Assembly: GCF_052095765.1 (NCBI RefSeq)
Contig: NZ_JBQDJZ010000001.1
Span: 11,090 to 75,089, forward strand
Direction of reading: 5' to 3'
Source: Halomonas sp.
GTDB taxonomy: Bacteria > Pseudomonadota > Gammaproteobacteria > Pseudomonadales > Halomonadaceae
Length of the DNA: 64,000 nucleotides
The notes under the pieces were generated by a model. That model was not told the origin of the DNA, did no database searches, and saw only the letters and a program-made list of their open reading frames with translations. The position numbers were made by a program, and so were the translations under genes. The first letter of the stretch is position 1; every line of letters starts with the position of its first letter. Positions 23,555-33,913 of this stretch are shown here, in pieces.

Positions 23555-24814
23555 ATGAATCTTACCGAACTCAAGCAAAATTCCGTACCAGAGCTTCTCG
23601 AAATTGCCCGTGAAATGGGCGTCGATAACATGGCGCGGTCCCGTAAGCAGGACATCATCTTCGGCATTCTCAAGAAGCACGCCCGTAGTGGCGAGGCGAT
23701 CTATGGCGATGGTGTGCTGGAGATACTCCAGGATGGTTTTGGCTTCCTGCGCAGTGCCGACAGTTCCTATCTGGCCGGGCCTGATGACATCTATGTCTCG
23801 CCCTCCCAGATCCGGCGCTTCAACCTGCGCAAGGGTGACTCGATTTCCGGAAAGATTCGTCCGCCCAAGGATGGTGAGCGCTATTTTGCGCTGCTCAAGG
23901 TCAGCCAGATTAACTTTGAGAAGCCCGAGAATGCCAAGCATAAGATCCTGTTTGAAAACCTGACGCCGCTGTTCCCCCAGGAACGCATGCGCATGCAGCT
24001 CGGCAACGGCTCCACCGAGGATCTGACCACCCGTATCATCGATCTTGCTGCGCCGATTGGCAAAGGCCAGCGCGGCCTGATCGTCTCGCCACCCAAGGCG
24101 GGTAAAACGCTGATGCTGCAGAGCATTGCTACCTCGATCACCCGAAACAATCCTGAGTGTCATCTGATCGTGCTGCTGATTGACGAGCGGCCCGAGGAGG
24201 TGACCGAGATGTCGCGGACCGTGCGCGGTGAGGTCGTCGCCTCGACTTTCGATGAGCCGCCGGCACGTCATGTGCAGGTTGCCGAGATGGTCATCGAGAA
24301 AGCCAAGCGGCTGGTCGAACACAAAAAAGACGTGGTGATCCTGCTCGATTCCATCACGCGTCTGGCACGTGCATACAACACAGTGGTGCCGTCTTCCGGC
24401 AAAGTGCTGACCGGTGGTGTTGACGCCCATGCTCTCGAGAAGCCAAAGCGCTTCTTTGGTGCGGCGCGTAACATTGAGGAGGGTGGCAGTCTGACGATTA
24501 TCGCCACCGCCCTGGTCGATACCGGCTCGAAGATGGATGAAGTGATCTACGAAGAGTTCAAGGGCACCGGCAACATGGAAGCCCACTTGGATCGCAAGCT
24601 TGCCGAGCGTCGCGTCTATCCGGCAATGAATATCCGTCGTTCCGGCACACGTCGCGAAGACCTGATTGCCTCAGAGGATGAGATGCAGCGCATGTGGATT
24701 CTGCGTAAGCTGCTTAACCCCATGGATGACGTTGCTGCCACGGAGTTCCTGATCGACCGCTTGAAAGACACCAAAACAAATTTGGAGTTCTTCGAGGCAA
24801 TGAAGCGGCGTTGA
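23555..24814 (+). CDS. rho: Transcription termination factor Rho (419 aa)
   Basis: [42 protein letters not shown]; ATG 23555 gives the canonical length. Confidence 0.99.
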   Translation: MNLTELKQNSVPELLEIAREMGVDNMARSRKQDIIFGILKKHARSGEAIYGDGVLEILQDGFGFLRSADSSYLAGPDDIYVSPSQIRRFNLRKGDSISGKIRPPKDGERYFALLKVSQINFEKPENAKHKILFENLTPLFPQERMRMQLGNGSTEDLTTRIIDLAAPIGKGQRGLIVSPPKAGKTLMLQSIATSITRNNPECHLIVLLIDERPEEVTEMSRTVRGEVVASTFDEPPARHVQVAEMVIEKAKRLVEHKKDVVILLDSITRLARAYNTVVPSSGKVLTGGVDAHALEKPKRFFGAARNIEEGGSLTIIATALVDTGSKMDEVIYEEFKGTGNMEAHLDRKLAERRVYPAMNIRRSGTRREDLIASEDEMQRMWILRKLLNPMDDVAATEFLIDRLKDTKTNLEFFEAMKRR

Positions 24815-24851
24815 TCGAACCCTGCTGCGCTCACAGCGCAGCAACCACAAG

Positions 24852-24878
24852 GGGCGGCATGCTATGCTGCCCTTTTTT
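24852..24878 (+). terminator. Intrinsic terminator after rho
   Basis: GGGCGGCAT-GCT-ATGCTGCCC followed by TTTTTT. Confidence 0.75.
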
Positions 24879-24889
24879 CTGTTCGGGAA

Positions 24890-26431
24890 ATGGGAAGCCG
24901 AGTGAAATACAAGGATCTGCGTGACTTTATCGCGGCGTTGGAGGCGCGGAGAGAGCTCGTGCGCGTCACCGCTGAGGTCGATCCCTACCTTGAGATCACC
25001 GAGATCTGCGACCGCACCCTGCGCGCCGGTGGTCCGGCGTTGCTGTTCGAAAACGTCAAAGGCCATGACATGCCGCTGCTGGGCAACCTGTTCGGTACGC
25101 CGAAGCGGGTAGCGTTGGGCATGGGACAAGAGTCGGTCGGGGCGCTTCGTGAGGTGGGCGAATTGCTGGCGTTTCTCAAGGAGCCGGAGCCACCTAAGGG
25201 CTTTCGCGATGCCATGGACAAGCTGCCGATCTATCGACAGGTAATGAGCATGAGCCCCAAGGTACTGCGCCGCGCGCCAGTACAAGAGGTCGTGCTGGAA
25301 GGCGATGACGTCGATCTGGACCGGCTGCCGATTCAGCACTGCTGGCCCGGCGATGCCGCGCCACTGGTGACCTGGCCGCTGGTGATCACTCGTGGTCCTC
25401 ACAAGAAGCGTCAGAACTTGGGTATCTATCGACAGCAGAAGTTGACGAAGAACCGCCTGATCATGCGCTGGTTGTCCCATCGCGGTGGGGCGCTGGACTA
25501 TCAGGAGTTCCGCCGTCTACATCCCGAGCAGCCCTATCCGGTAGCTGTAGCTCTGGGCGCTGATCCGGCGACCATTCTCGGTGCCGTCACGCCAGTGCCG
25601 GACAGCCTTTCTGAATACGCCTTTGCTGGCTTGCTGCGCGGCTCACGCACTGAACTGGTGCGTTGTGGCCATGTGGATCTGGACGTGCCGGCGTCTGCCG
25701 AAATCATCCTCGAGGGCTTTATCTACCCCGACGATACCGCGCCAGAAGGGCCTTATGGTGATCACACCGGCTACTATAACGAGATTGAAGAGTTTCCGGT
25801 GTTTACCGTGACCCGCATGACCATGCGCCGCGACGCCATCTATCACTCGACCTATACCGGGCGGCCGCCGGATGAGCCCGCGGTGCTGGGCTTGGCGCTC
25901 AATGAAGTCTTCGTGCCCATTCTGCGCCGTCAGTTTCCCGAGATCGTCGACTTCTATCTGCCCCCCGAAGGCTGCTCCTACCGCATGGCGGTGGTGACCA
26001 TGAAAAAGCAGTATCCCGGCCATGCCAAGCGGGTGATGATGGGCGTGTGGAGTTTCCTGCGTCAGTTCATGTACACCAAGTTCGTGGTGGTATGTGATGA
26101 CGACATCAATGCGCGTGATTGGAAGGATGTGATTTGGGCGATCACGACGCGCATGGATCCAGCCCGGGACACCCTGTTGGTCGAGCATACGCCCATCGAC
26201 TACTTGGACTTTGCCTCACCCACGGCGGGGCTTGGTTCCAAGATGGGCATGGACGCCACCAACAAGTGGCCTGGCGAAACCGACCGTGAATGGGGCGAGC
26301 CCATCGTGATGGATGAAGCGGTCACAGCCCGGGTAACGCAGCGCTGGGACGAACTGGGTATTGATCTGGGTCCAGCGGAACAAACCGGCACCAGCTCGGC
26401 TCTGGTCGAAAACAATAGGAGCGACACATGA
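24890..26431 (+). CDS. ubiD: 4-hydroxy-3-polyprenylbenzoate decarboxylase
   Basis: [36 protein letters not shown]; start may be GTG 24902. Confidence 0.97.
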   Translation: MGSRVKYKDLRDFIAALEARRELVRVTAEVDPYLEITEICDRTLRAGGPALLFENVKGHDMPLLGNLFGTPKRVALGMGQESVGALREVGELLAFLKEPEPPKGFRDAMDKLPIYRQVMSMSPKVLRRAPVQEVVLEGDDVDLDRLPIQHCWPGDAAPLVTWPLVITRGPHKKRQNLGIYRQQKLTKNRLIMRWLSHRGGALDYQEFRRLHPEQPYPVAVALGADPATILGAVTPVPDSLSEYAFAGLLRGSRTELVRCGHVDLDVPASAEIILEGFIYPDDTAPEGPYGDHTGYYNEIEEFPVFTVTRMTMRRDAIYHSTYTGRPPDEPAVLGLALNEVFVPILRRQFPEIVDFYLPPEGCSYRMAVVTMKKQYPGHAKRVMMGVWSFLRQFMYTKFVVVCDDDINARDWKDVIWAITTRMDPARDTLLVEHTPIDYLDFASPTAGLGSKMGMDATNKWPGETDREWGEPIVMDEAVTARVTQRWDELGIDLGPAEQTGTSSALVENNRSDT

Positions 26432-27198
26432 GTTCATGCACCCTGACCTGCCGGGTGGCTGAAGTGGAAGATCTGACGTCTGATGTCATGGGCGTGCGCC
26501 TGGAAGGGCGTTCTGAGGCCATGGTTCATGAAGCCGGCCAGTATCTTGAGCTTAAGCTCGATGAGGACACCTGGGTGCCGTTCTCGATTGCTAGTGCACC
26601 CAGCGGTGATGGTGTACTGGAGCTTCACATCCAGCATTGGCCAGAGCGCCGCAACACCGCACGGTTGCGTGAGATGCTGATTGAGGCGCGCCAGGTGATG
26701 GTGCACTTGCCGGGGGGGGACTGTTTACTTGACCCCGACAGCCGTCGGCCGCTGCTGCTGGTGGGTGCCGGTACCGGCTACGCGCAGATGAAAGCGTTGG
26801 CCGAAGCGGCGCTGCGTGAAGACCCCCAACGTCGTATCGAACTTTGGTGGGCGGCTCGTGAGCGGCGCGACCTGTATCTGGAATCGCTGCCACGCGAGTG
26901 GGCGGCGCAGTATCCTGGCGTACACTTTCACGGTGTCAGCGAACTTGGTATGCACGCCGATTTTGATGATGAGGCGGTAACGGGACATCAGGGGCGGATT
27001 GATCAGGCGCTGGCAAGTCAGCTCGATGATGTGTCGGCTTATGATGTCTATCTGTGCGGGTCGCCGGGCATGGTGTATGCCTGTGTCGATGTGCTCGCTT
27101 CGTTGGGCCTACGTCCGAACCGGGTATTTTCCGATGTGTTTGCCTATGCCCCGCGTGACCCGCTGGTGCCAGTGGTAGGAAATCTTTCCAGAAAATAG
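26428..27198 (+). CDS. fre: NAD(P)H-flavin reductase (Fre/UbiB-type)
   Basis: [31 protein letters not shown]; typical ubiD neighbour. Confidence 0.85.
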   Translation: MSSCTLTCRVAEVEDLTSDVMGVRLEGRSEAMVHEAGQYLELKLDEDTWVPFSIASAPSGDGVLELHIQHWPERRNTARLREMLIEARQVMVHLPGGDCLLDPDSRRPLLLVGAGTGYAQMKALAEAALREDPQRRIELWWAARERRDLYLESLPREWAAQYPGVHFHGVSELGMHADFDDEAVTGHQGRIDQALASQLDDVSAYDVYLCGSPGMVYACVDVLASLGLRPNRVFSDVFAYAPRDPLVPVVGNLSRK

Positions 27199-27312
27199 GG
27201 TTAAGGTTAAAGCAGAGGATAATGCGGCTGCAGACTTCCATTAACGTCGCTCAGCGGGCATTATATCCGCATAATATTCCGTTTCAGCCTGATGATCATG
27301 AGGGAAATAACG

Positions 27313-27438
27313 ATGGCAGAACACAATGTCTCACAAGACAGCACCGGCATCATGATGGTTGTGCTATTTCTGCTGGCGCTGGTTTTCCTGGCATGTGCGC
27401 CAGCCGTCGCCAGGTTATACGTGTTACTCGGCGCCTGA
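27313..27438 (+). CDS. Putative 41-aa single-TM small protein
   Basis: MAEHNVSQDSTGIMMVVLFLLALVFLACAPAVARLYVLLGA*, RBS-like GAGGGA upstream; below the ORF-track cutoff. Confidence 0.5.
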   Translation: MAEHNVSQDSTGIMMVVLFLLALVFLACAPAVARLYVLLGA

Positions 27439-27464
27439 TCAGCAGTGAACACAGGAGAAGCCTT

Positions 27465-27602
27465 GTGAGACCAGACCGTTCCATGATCAACATGCTGTCC
27501 CATCCGGACGTTCACCGTTCGGGTGAGGGCGTGTGTTCCACATTGTCTGGTTATTGGTATGGCAACGACTTTAGCGCCGGTGTGCCGGCGGCCCTGTCCT
27601 GA
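27465..27602 (+). CDS. Putative leader peptide 1 (45 aa, contains YWY..F)
   Basis: AGGAG 7 nt before GTG; VRPDRSMINMLSHPDVHRSGEGVCSTLSGYWYGNDFSAGVPAALS*; followed by attenuator-like hairpins. Confidence 0.45.
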   Translation: MRPDRSMINMLSHPDVHRSGEGVCSTLSGYWYGNDFSAGVPAALS

Positions 27603-27659
27603 TACATCACCAGGAACACTGAGGTCGAAAGGCACACCCGACAGGGTTGCCTCTCCCAG

Positions 27660-27700
27660 AACCCCCGGACGGCAACCCCGCCCGGGGGTTTTTGTTTGTT
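27660..27700 (+). terminator. Intrinsic terminator with competing antiterminator arm
   Basis: AACCCCCGGACGG-CAACC-CCGCCCGGGGGTT then TTTGTTTGTT; GGGTTGCC (27644-27651) is complementary to GGCAACCC (27671-27678). Confidence 0.75.
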
Positions 27701-27784
27701 GAGATTTTTATCGGGCGTTGTTTATCGAATACTGTTTAATGAATGACGGTAACATCAATGAATAGCATATCAAGGAGAGCAAAC

Positions 27785-27949
27785 ATGGCCGTAGCGTATA
27801 TTGTGTCTGACATCGAGTATCTGTCGGTGAGCACTTATTATTATTTCGGCTGGCGATTTAGCGACGCGCGGTCGGCTCACGTTGCCACCTCCGACCGTAG
27901 CACCTGTGGTGGCAAGACCCCCCACCGATGTAATCGCTCACGGAGATAA
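27785..27949 (+). CDS. Putative aromatic-amino-acid leader peptide 2 (54 aa, YYYFGWRF)
   Basis: AAGGAG RBS; MAVAYIVSDIEYLSVSTYYYFGWRFSDARSAHVATSDRSTCGGKTPHRCNRSRR*; TAA abuts the DAHP synthase RBS. Confidence 0.6.
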   Translation: MAVAYIVSDIEYLSVSTYYYFGWRFSDARSAHVATSDRSTCGGKTPHRCNRSRR

Positions 27950-27953
27950 CCCC

Positions 27954-29036
27954 ATGAATGCTTCTCTTACTGTGGCTTGCCAATCCAGTAAAACAACCCA
28001 CACAGCACGCCAGAGAACTGCTTCCGGTTTGCCGGTGTCCTTACCTGCTCCCGCTCAACTGCACCAGCGTCTGCCGGTGTCCGGCACACTTGCTGACCAG
28101 CTAGTGTCCCAGCGCCAGGCAATCCGCGATATTCTTGCCGGACACGATGACCGGTTGCTGGTCGTCGTGGGCCCTTGCTCGATTCATGATCCTACGTCGG
28201 CACTGGAATATGCCCAGCGGCTAGCGGAGCTGAGCGGAAAGATCAGCGATCGTATTCTGCCGGTGATGCGGGTCTATGTGGAAAAGCCACGCACTACGGT
28301 AGGTTGGAAAGGTCTTGCTTATGACCCAGCACTTGATGGCAGCGGCGATCTGGCGCGGGGAATCGAGCTCTCGCGGCGGCTAATGCGTGATGTCGCCATG
28401 CTTGGCCTGCCAGTGGCCACTGAACTGCTACAGCCGATGTTGGCGCCCTATCTCGATGATTTGTTGTCCTGGGTGGCCATCGGGGCGCGTACCACCGAGT
28501 CCCAGCCGCATCGCGAAATGGCCAGCGACTTGGCCGCGGTGGTGGGCTTCAAGAATGCCACCAGTGGAGACCTTCAGGTAGCGGTTGATGCCATGCAGGC
28601 GGCCGCCCATCCGCATCAGCACATTGCGCTTGGCTATGAAGGCTTGCCTGAAGTCAGACAGACCCGCGGAAATGCATATACCCACGTGGTGTTGCGTGGA
28701 GGACATGACGAGCCTAACTATCAAGCGCACTGGGTTTCCGCCGCCCGTAAGGTGCTGCTGGATGCCGGTCAGAACCCGCGGCTGATGGTCGACTGCAGTC
28801 ACGCTAACGCCCGCAAGGATCATCGTCGCCAGAGCGAGGTCATGCTCGATGTGCTGGCCCAGCGTGAAGCCGGCAATGCTGATCTGGTCGGGCTGATGCT
28901 GGAAAGTCACTTGAATGAAGGCAAGCAGCCACTGGTGCCGGGACAGCTGCGCCATGGTGTATCAGTGACCGATGCCTGCATCGGTTGGGAGACCACGGAG
29001 CATCTGCTGCTGAGTGCGGCGGAGCGGCTACGGTAA
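27954..29036 (+). CDS. 3-deoxy-7-phosphoheptulonate (DAHP) synthase, class I-alpha (AroF/G/H family)
   Basis: VVVGPCSIHD, YVEKPRTTVGWKG, IGARTTESQPHRE, GFKN, DCSHANARK, SVTDACIGW; ATG 27954 after GGAG. Confidence 0.97.
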   Translation: MNASLTVACQSSKTTHTARQRTASGLPVSLPAPAQLHQRLPVSGTLADQLVSQRQAIRDILAGHDDRLLVVVGPCSIHDPTSALEYAQRLAELSGKISDRILPVMRVYVEKPRTTVGWKGLAYDPALDGSGDLARGIELSRRLMRDVAMLGLPVATELLQPMLAPYLDDLLSWVAIGARTTESQPHREMASDLAAVVGFKNATSGDLQVAVDAMQAAAHPHQHIALGYEGLPEVRQTRGNAYTHVVLRGGHDEPNYQAHWVSAARKVLLDAGQNPRLMVDCSHANARKDHRRQSEVMLDVLAQREAGNADLVGLMLESHLNEGKQPLVPGQLRHGVSVTDACIGWETTEHLLLSAAERLR

Positions 29037-29057
29037 GATTCAGCATAAGGAACTTTG

Positions 29058-29480
29058 ATGGCCTTTTACTTCGAGGACCATGAGCCCGAGCGTTACCGTC
29101 GCCTTACGCGACTGGTGGGCATGGCCATGGCAGCCATGCTGATCGTGTTTAGCCTGATCTTCACCCAGCTGCGTCATAAAGCGTGGATGGAGCCGATCAG
29201 CTACAGCTGGCGTCTTAAGCAGCGATTGTCGCGGGTCAGTGGTTATCTACCGGCGCTGCGTCGGGGGCTTGAAGAGCGTGATCCCAGCGCACTTACTGTG
29301 CTGAGCTTCTATCATCAGGGCATGGCCCAGCTGACCACTCTTGACGGGCGGGCCATGGACGATGCCACTGAGTTGCTCGCCGAGCGCCAGCAGGTCAGGT
29401 TGGCACGGCTTGAGCTGGGGCTCAGCGAGCGTGTTGAGGGCCTGAGTGATGCAGACCTAGCTAGATTTAAGCGCGGCTGA
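29058..29480 (+). CDS. Conserved hypothetical membrane protein, DUF3087-like
   Basis: One N-terminal hydrophobic segment, then a YSWRLKQ...LSFYHQG core; family recalled from memory, not searched. Confidence 0.55.
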   Translation: MAFYFEDHEPERYRRLTRLVGMAMAAMLIVFSLIFTQLRHKAWMEPISYSWRLKQRLSRVSGYLPALRRGLEERDPSALTVLSFYHQGMAQLTTLDGRAMDDATELLAERQQVRLARLELGLSERVEGLSDADLARFKRG

Positions 29481-29483
29481 GGC

Positions 29484-30563
<1,080 letters not shown>

Positions 30564-30717
30564 TCAACATCCTGGCTTTCAAAGGCCTTGGTTGTTGGCG
30601 GGGAATAACCACAGCCTCGTGAGCAGGCAGGAAGACCGCGTTCGATCACGTCCGTTATTATATCAGTGTTGTCGACACGCAGGTCTGCACGCTTGTCGCA
30701 GGGTGTCAGCAACGCAA

Positions 30718-30744
30718 ACGGGGAAGGCCATTGGCCCTCCCCGT
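30718..30744 (-). terminator. Probable terminator of the betaine ABC operon
   Basis: 12-bp stem ACGGGGAGGGCC/GGCCTTCCCCGT on the minus strand, downstream of the SBP gene; weak U-tract. Confidence 0.55.
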
Positions 30745-30779
30745 GGGTTGATGCGTTGCGCCAACAGTTCACAAAGTGC

Positions 30780-31646
30780 TCAGTTCTGCGGCAGCCACTG
30801 CTGGACGATATCCTGGTTCTCATCGACCCACTTCCTGGCAGCTTCATCAGGATCGCCGCCTTCTTCCTGCATGAGCATGACTTCGCCCATCAGTTCGGTA
30901 TCCCATTTGAAGTTGCTGAGGATCTCATAAGCTTCAGGCATGTCTTCCTCAAGCCCCTGGCGGGTGATGGTATGGATCTGTTCAGCACCACCATAGGTTT
31001 CTTTGGGGTCATCGAGGAATTTCAGGTCCCAGCGAGCGAACATCCAGTGTGGAGTCCAGCCGGTGACGGCAATGTCTTCCTCGTTATTGATGGCAGACTT
31101 GAGCGCTGCAGTCATGGTCGCGCCGCTGCCGCTGACCAGACTGTAGTCTAGATCATAGTCGGTGATAACGTCTTCAGTCAGTCGCATGACGCCAGCACCA
31201 GGATCAATGCCGGTAATTTTGCCATCGAAGTCGTCCACGTACTCGTTGAGCTCATCGATGGAACCCGCTTCGGTATAGGCAGGCACGACCATGCCAAGCT
31301 TGGCGCCCTCCAGGCTGATGCCGGCATCGACGACGTCATCTTTCAGCTTGGCGTAGTAATCTTCATGCGTGACCGGCAGCCAGCCAGCCAACAGGACATC
31401 GGTATCACCTGAAGCGACCGACTGCCACATGGCGGCTGCGGACAGGGAAGAGGTTTCGACGTCAAAGCCAGCTTGTTCAAGCACAGCCTGCATCACTGAA
31501 GTGGATGCCACGGTTGACGCCCACTCGACATAAGCGATATGTACGCTGCCTTTGTCCTGGGCTTGAGCGGTTCCGGCAAGAGCCACGCCCGCGGCAAGTG
31601 CAACGCCAGCAAGACGGATACGACGGTTCAGAAGATGCTGCTTCAT
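30780..31646 (-). CDS. proX: Glycine betaine/proline-betaine ABC transporter substrate-binding protein (ProX/OpuAC)
   Basis: Signal peptide from ATG 31646; WLPVTH, GIDPGAG, VTGWTPHWMFARWDLKFLDDPK. Confidence 0.9.
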   Translation of the reverse strand: MKQHLLNRRIRLAGVALAAGVALAGTAQAQDKGSVHIAYVEWASTVASTSVMQAVLEQAGFDVETSSLSAAAMWQSVASGDTDVLLAGWLPVTHEDYYAKLKDDVVDAGISLEGAKLGMVVPAYTEAGSIDELNEYVDDFDGKITGIDPGAGVMRLTEDVITDYDLDYSLVSGSGATMTAALKSAINNEEDIAVTGWTPHWMFARWDLKFLDDPKETYGGAEQIHTITRQGLEEDMPEAYEILSNFKWDTELMGEVMLMQEEGGDPDEAARKWVDENQDIVQQWLPQN

Positions 31647-31725
31647 CAGTTTTCCCTTCCCTTTTTTCATGTACACCGATTCACTCTGACGGCATCCCCT
31701 TGCAGTTTCAAGGGGCACGGCTGGC

Positions 31726-32565
31726 TCAGGATGTGCGCTTCTTGCGCAGAGACTGGGTGATACGGTCCAGCAACATGGCCAGAATGACCACGGCAATACC
31801 GGCTTCAAAACCGTCGCCCGGGCGCAGACGCTGGATGGCGCGCCATACTTCACTGCCAAGGCCGTCGGCGCCGATCATGGCGGCAATAACCACCATGGAA
31901 AGTGCCAACATGATGGTCTGGTTGATGCCGGCCATCACGGTAGGCAGCGACATGGGCAGTTGCACCTTGAAAAGCTTTTGGTTGCGGGTTGCACCATAAG
32001 CATCAGATGCTTCGATTAGCTCCACTGGCACCTGGCGAATGCCCAAGGTAGTGAAGCGGATGGCCGGTGGCATGGAAAAGATCACGGTGGCAAAAATCGC
32101 TGATGTCGAGCCGATACCAAAGAATGGAATGGCCGGGATCAGGTACACGAACGCCGGCATGGTCTGCATGAAATCCAGCATCGGCATGATGAGCTTGTAA
32201 AGCCGTTCCGACAGCGCTGCCGCAATACCTACTGGCAGGGCGATAACCACAGCGACCAAGGTGGCAATGACCACCAGTGTCAGCGTTTCTATCATCGGCA
32301 GCCACAGGCCCATGTTCCAGATCAGGGCCAGCCCGGCAATAGCGCCAATGGCCAGGCGAATGCCTGAAACCGACCAACAAATTCCAGCAATGATCGCCAG
32401 CAGCGCCCAGGGAGGAAGCCAGATCAGCACGTCGTTAAGGGCATCGATTGCTGTCACGGTAAAACTTGCAAAGCCACGAGTGACGCCTGAAAACTCTGTG
32501 GTCAGCCAGTCCAGGCCGGTTTCTATCCAGTCACCCAGCGGGATACGGGGAATGTCGATAGCCAT
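31726..32565 (-). CDS. proW: Glycine betaine ABC transporter permease (ProW/OpuAB)
   Basis: LDFMQTMPAFVYLIP, GINQTIMLALSMVVIAAMIGA. Confidence 0.93.
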   Translation of the reverse strand: MAIDIPRIPLGDWIETGLDWLTTEFSGVTRGFASFTVTAIDALNDVLIWLPPWALLAIIAGICWSVSGIRLAIGAIAGLALIWNMGLWLPMIETLTLVVIATLVAVVIALPVGIAAALSERLYKLIMPMLDFMQTMPAFVYLIPAIPFFGIGSTSAIFATVIFSMPPAIRFTTLGIRQVPVELIEASDAYGATRNQKLFKVQLPMSLPTVMAGINQTIMLALSMVVIAAMIGADGLGSEVWRAIQRLRPGDGFEAGIAVVILAMLLDRITQSLRKKRTS

Positions 32566-33779
32566 TAGCTGTTGTCTCCTGCCTGTGCCTGTGCCAGCTC
32601 GTCGAGTACGGCGCCTTTGACGACCACGCCGATCAGACGCTTTTCGTCATCCACTACCGCAATCGGAAAGCTCTTTTCGGTAAACATGGCGAACAGGTTC
32701 TGCATTGGTTCATCACGCCCCACCGAGCGGAAGTCCTGGGTCATGATGTGCTTGATATCGTCTTTACCTTCCTGTGCGGCGCGCTCGAGCGCGTCGATTT
32801 CAACCAGGCCCAGCAGGTTGCGGTTGCGCGACGTGACGTAGATGGAGTCAATAGCGTTTTCACTCATCTTACGCAGGGTGGTGCGTGGGCCATCGCTCTC
32901 GCGAGCCGTGGCTCGCACTGGGCGCATGGCGTGCTCGGCGGTCAGTATCCGCGACATGTCCACCCCTTCTACAAAGCGGCGCACATAATCGTCTGCCGGT
33001 TTGGTCAAGATCTCTTCCGGGGTGCCGATCTGCACCACTTCGCCATCCTTGAGCAGCACGATGCGATCCCCGATGTTGATGGCTTCGTCAAGATCATGGG
33101 TAATGAAAACGGTGGTCTTCTGGGTGCGGTGCTGCAGTTCCTGCAGTTCCTGCTGCATGTCGCCACGAATCAGCGGATCCAGTGCCGAGAAGGCTTCGTC
33201 CATCAGCAGCACCGATGCATCGTTGGCCAGTGCCCTGGCCAGGCCGACACGCTGTTGCATGCCGCCCGAAAGCTGGTTGGGGTAGGCGTCTTCCCAGCCT
33301 TCCAGGCCTACCTGTTTGAGTGTCTTGAATGCCGTGTCGCGGCGCGTCTGTTTGTCAATGCCGCGAATTTCCAGACCGAACTCAGCGTTCTGCTGCACGG
33401 TGCGGTGGGGAAACAACGCAAAATTCTGGAATACCATGGAGAAGTGACGGCGACGGGCTTCCAGCAGCTCCTTGTCGCTCAGGCTGGGAATATTTTCGCC
33501 ATCAATGACAATTTCGCCTTCGGTAGGCTCTATCAGCCGGTTCAAGCAGCGGATCAGTGTGGATTTACCTGAACCGGATAGCCCCATGATGACCAGTAGC
33601 TCGCCTTCGTAGACATCGAAGTTGATGTTGGAAAGGCCCAAGGTTTGCCCGGTTTTTTCAAGTATTTCGGGACGCTTCAGCCCTTCATCACGTAGCTTCA
33701 GTGCTTTCTTGGGGTCGCTGCCGAAAACCTTACTCAGGTTGCGAACCCGAATTTTCACGTTTCGCTGATTATCTTCCAT
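32565..33779 (-). CDS. proV: Glycine betaine ABC transporter ATP-binding protein with CBS domains (ProV/OpuAA)
   Basis: GLSGSGKS, LSGGMQQRVGLARAL, DEAFSALDPLIR, C-terminal CBS pair; ATG 33779 preferred. Confidence 0.95.
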   Translation of the reverse strand: MEDNQRNVKIRVRNLSKVFGSDPKKALKLRDEGLKRPEILEKTGQTLGLSNINFDVYEGELLVIMGLSGSGKSTLIRCLNRLIEPTEGEIVIDGENIPSLSDKELLEARRRHFSMVFQNFALFPHRTVQQNAEFGLEIRGIDKQTRRDTAFKTLKQVGLEGWEDAYPNQLSGGMQQRVGLARALANDASVLLMDEAFSALDPLIRGDMQQELQELQHRTQKTTVFITHDLDEAINIGDRIVLLKDGEVVQIGTPEEILTKPADDYVRRFVEGVDMSRILTAEHAMRPVRATARESDGPRTTLRKMSENAIDSIYVTSRNRNLLGLVEIDALERAAQEGKDDIKHIMTQDFRSVGRDEPMQNLFAMFTEKSFPIAVVDDEKRLIGVVVKGAVLDELAQAQAGDNS

Positions 33780-33913
33780 TGGCGTTGCCTTTGATCGGGC
33801 TTCTGGTTCGGTAAGTGACTCACACTGAGCGGAGCGGCTTGACGAGTCGATAGTCGTTTGCAGGTTAGCCATATAAGACCGTGGACAGTGGAAAGGTTTT
33901 TACCCTACCTATT

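Noticed and set aside
27222-27602. 126-aa track ORF as a single protein
   Set aside because: Nonsensical composition and no RBS. A better reading is a 41-aa ORF in another frame plus a GTG-start leader that uses only its last 45 codons.
27261-27635. 124-aa minus-strand ORF
   Set aside because: Antisense to the small ORF and leader; no motif or RBS support
27198-27953. TyrR/PhhR (TGTAAA-N6-TTTACA) or TrpR boxes upstream of DAHP synthase
   Set aside because: No match seen by eye
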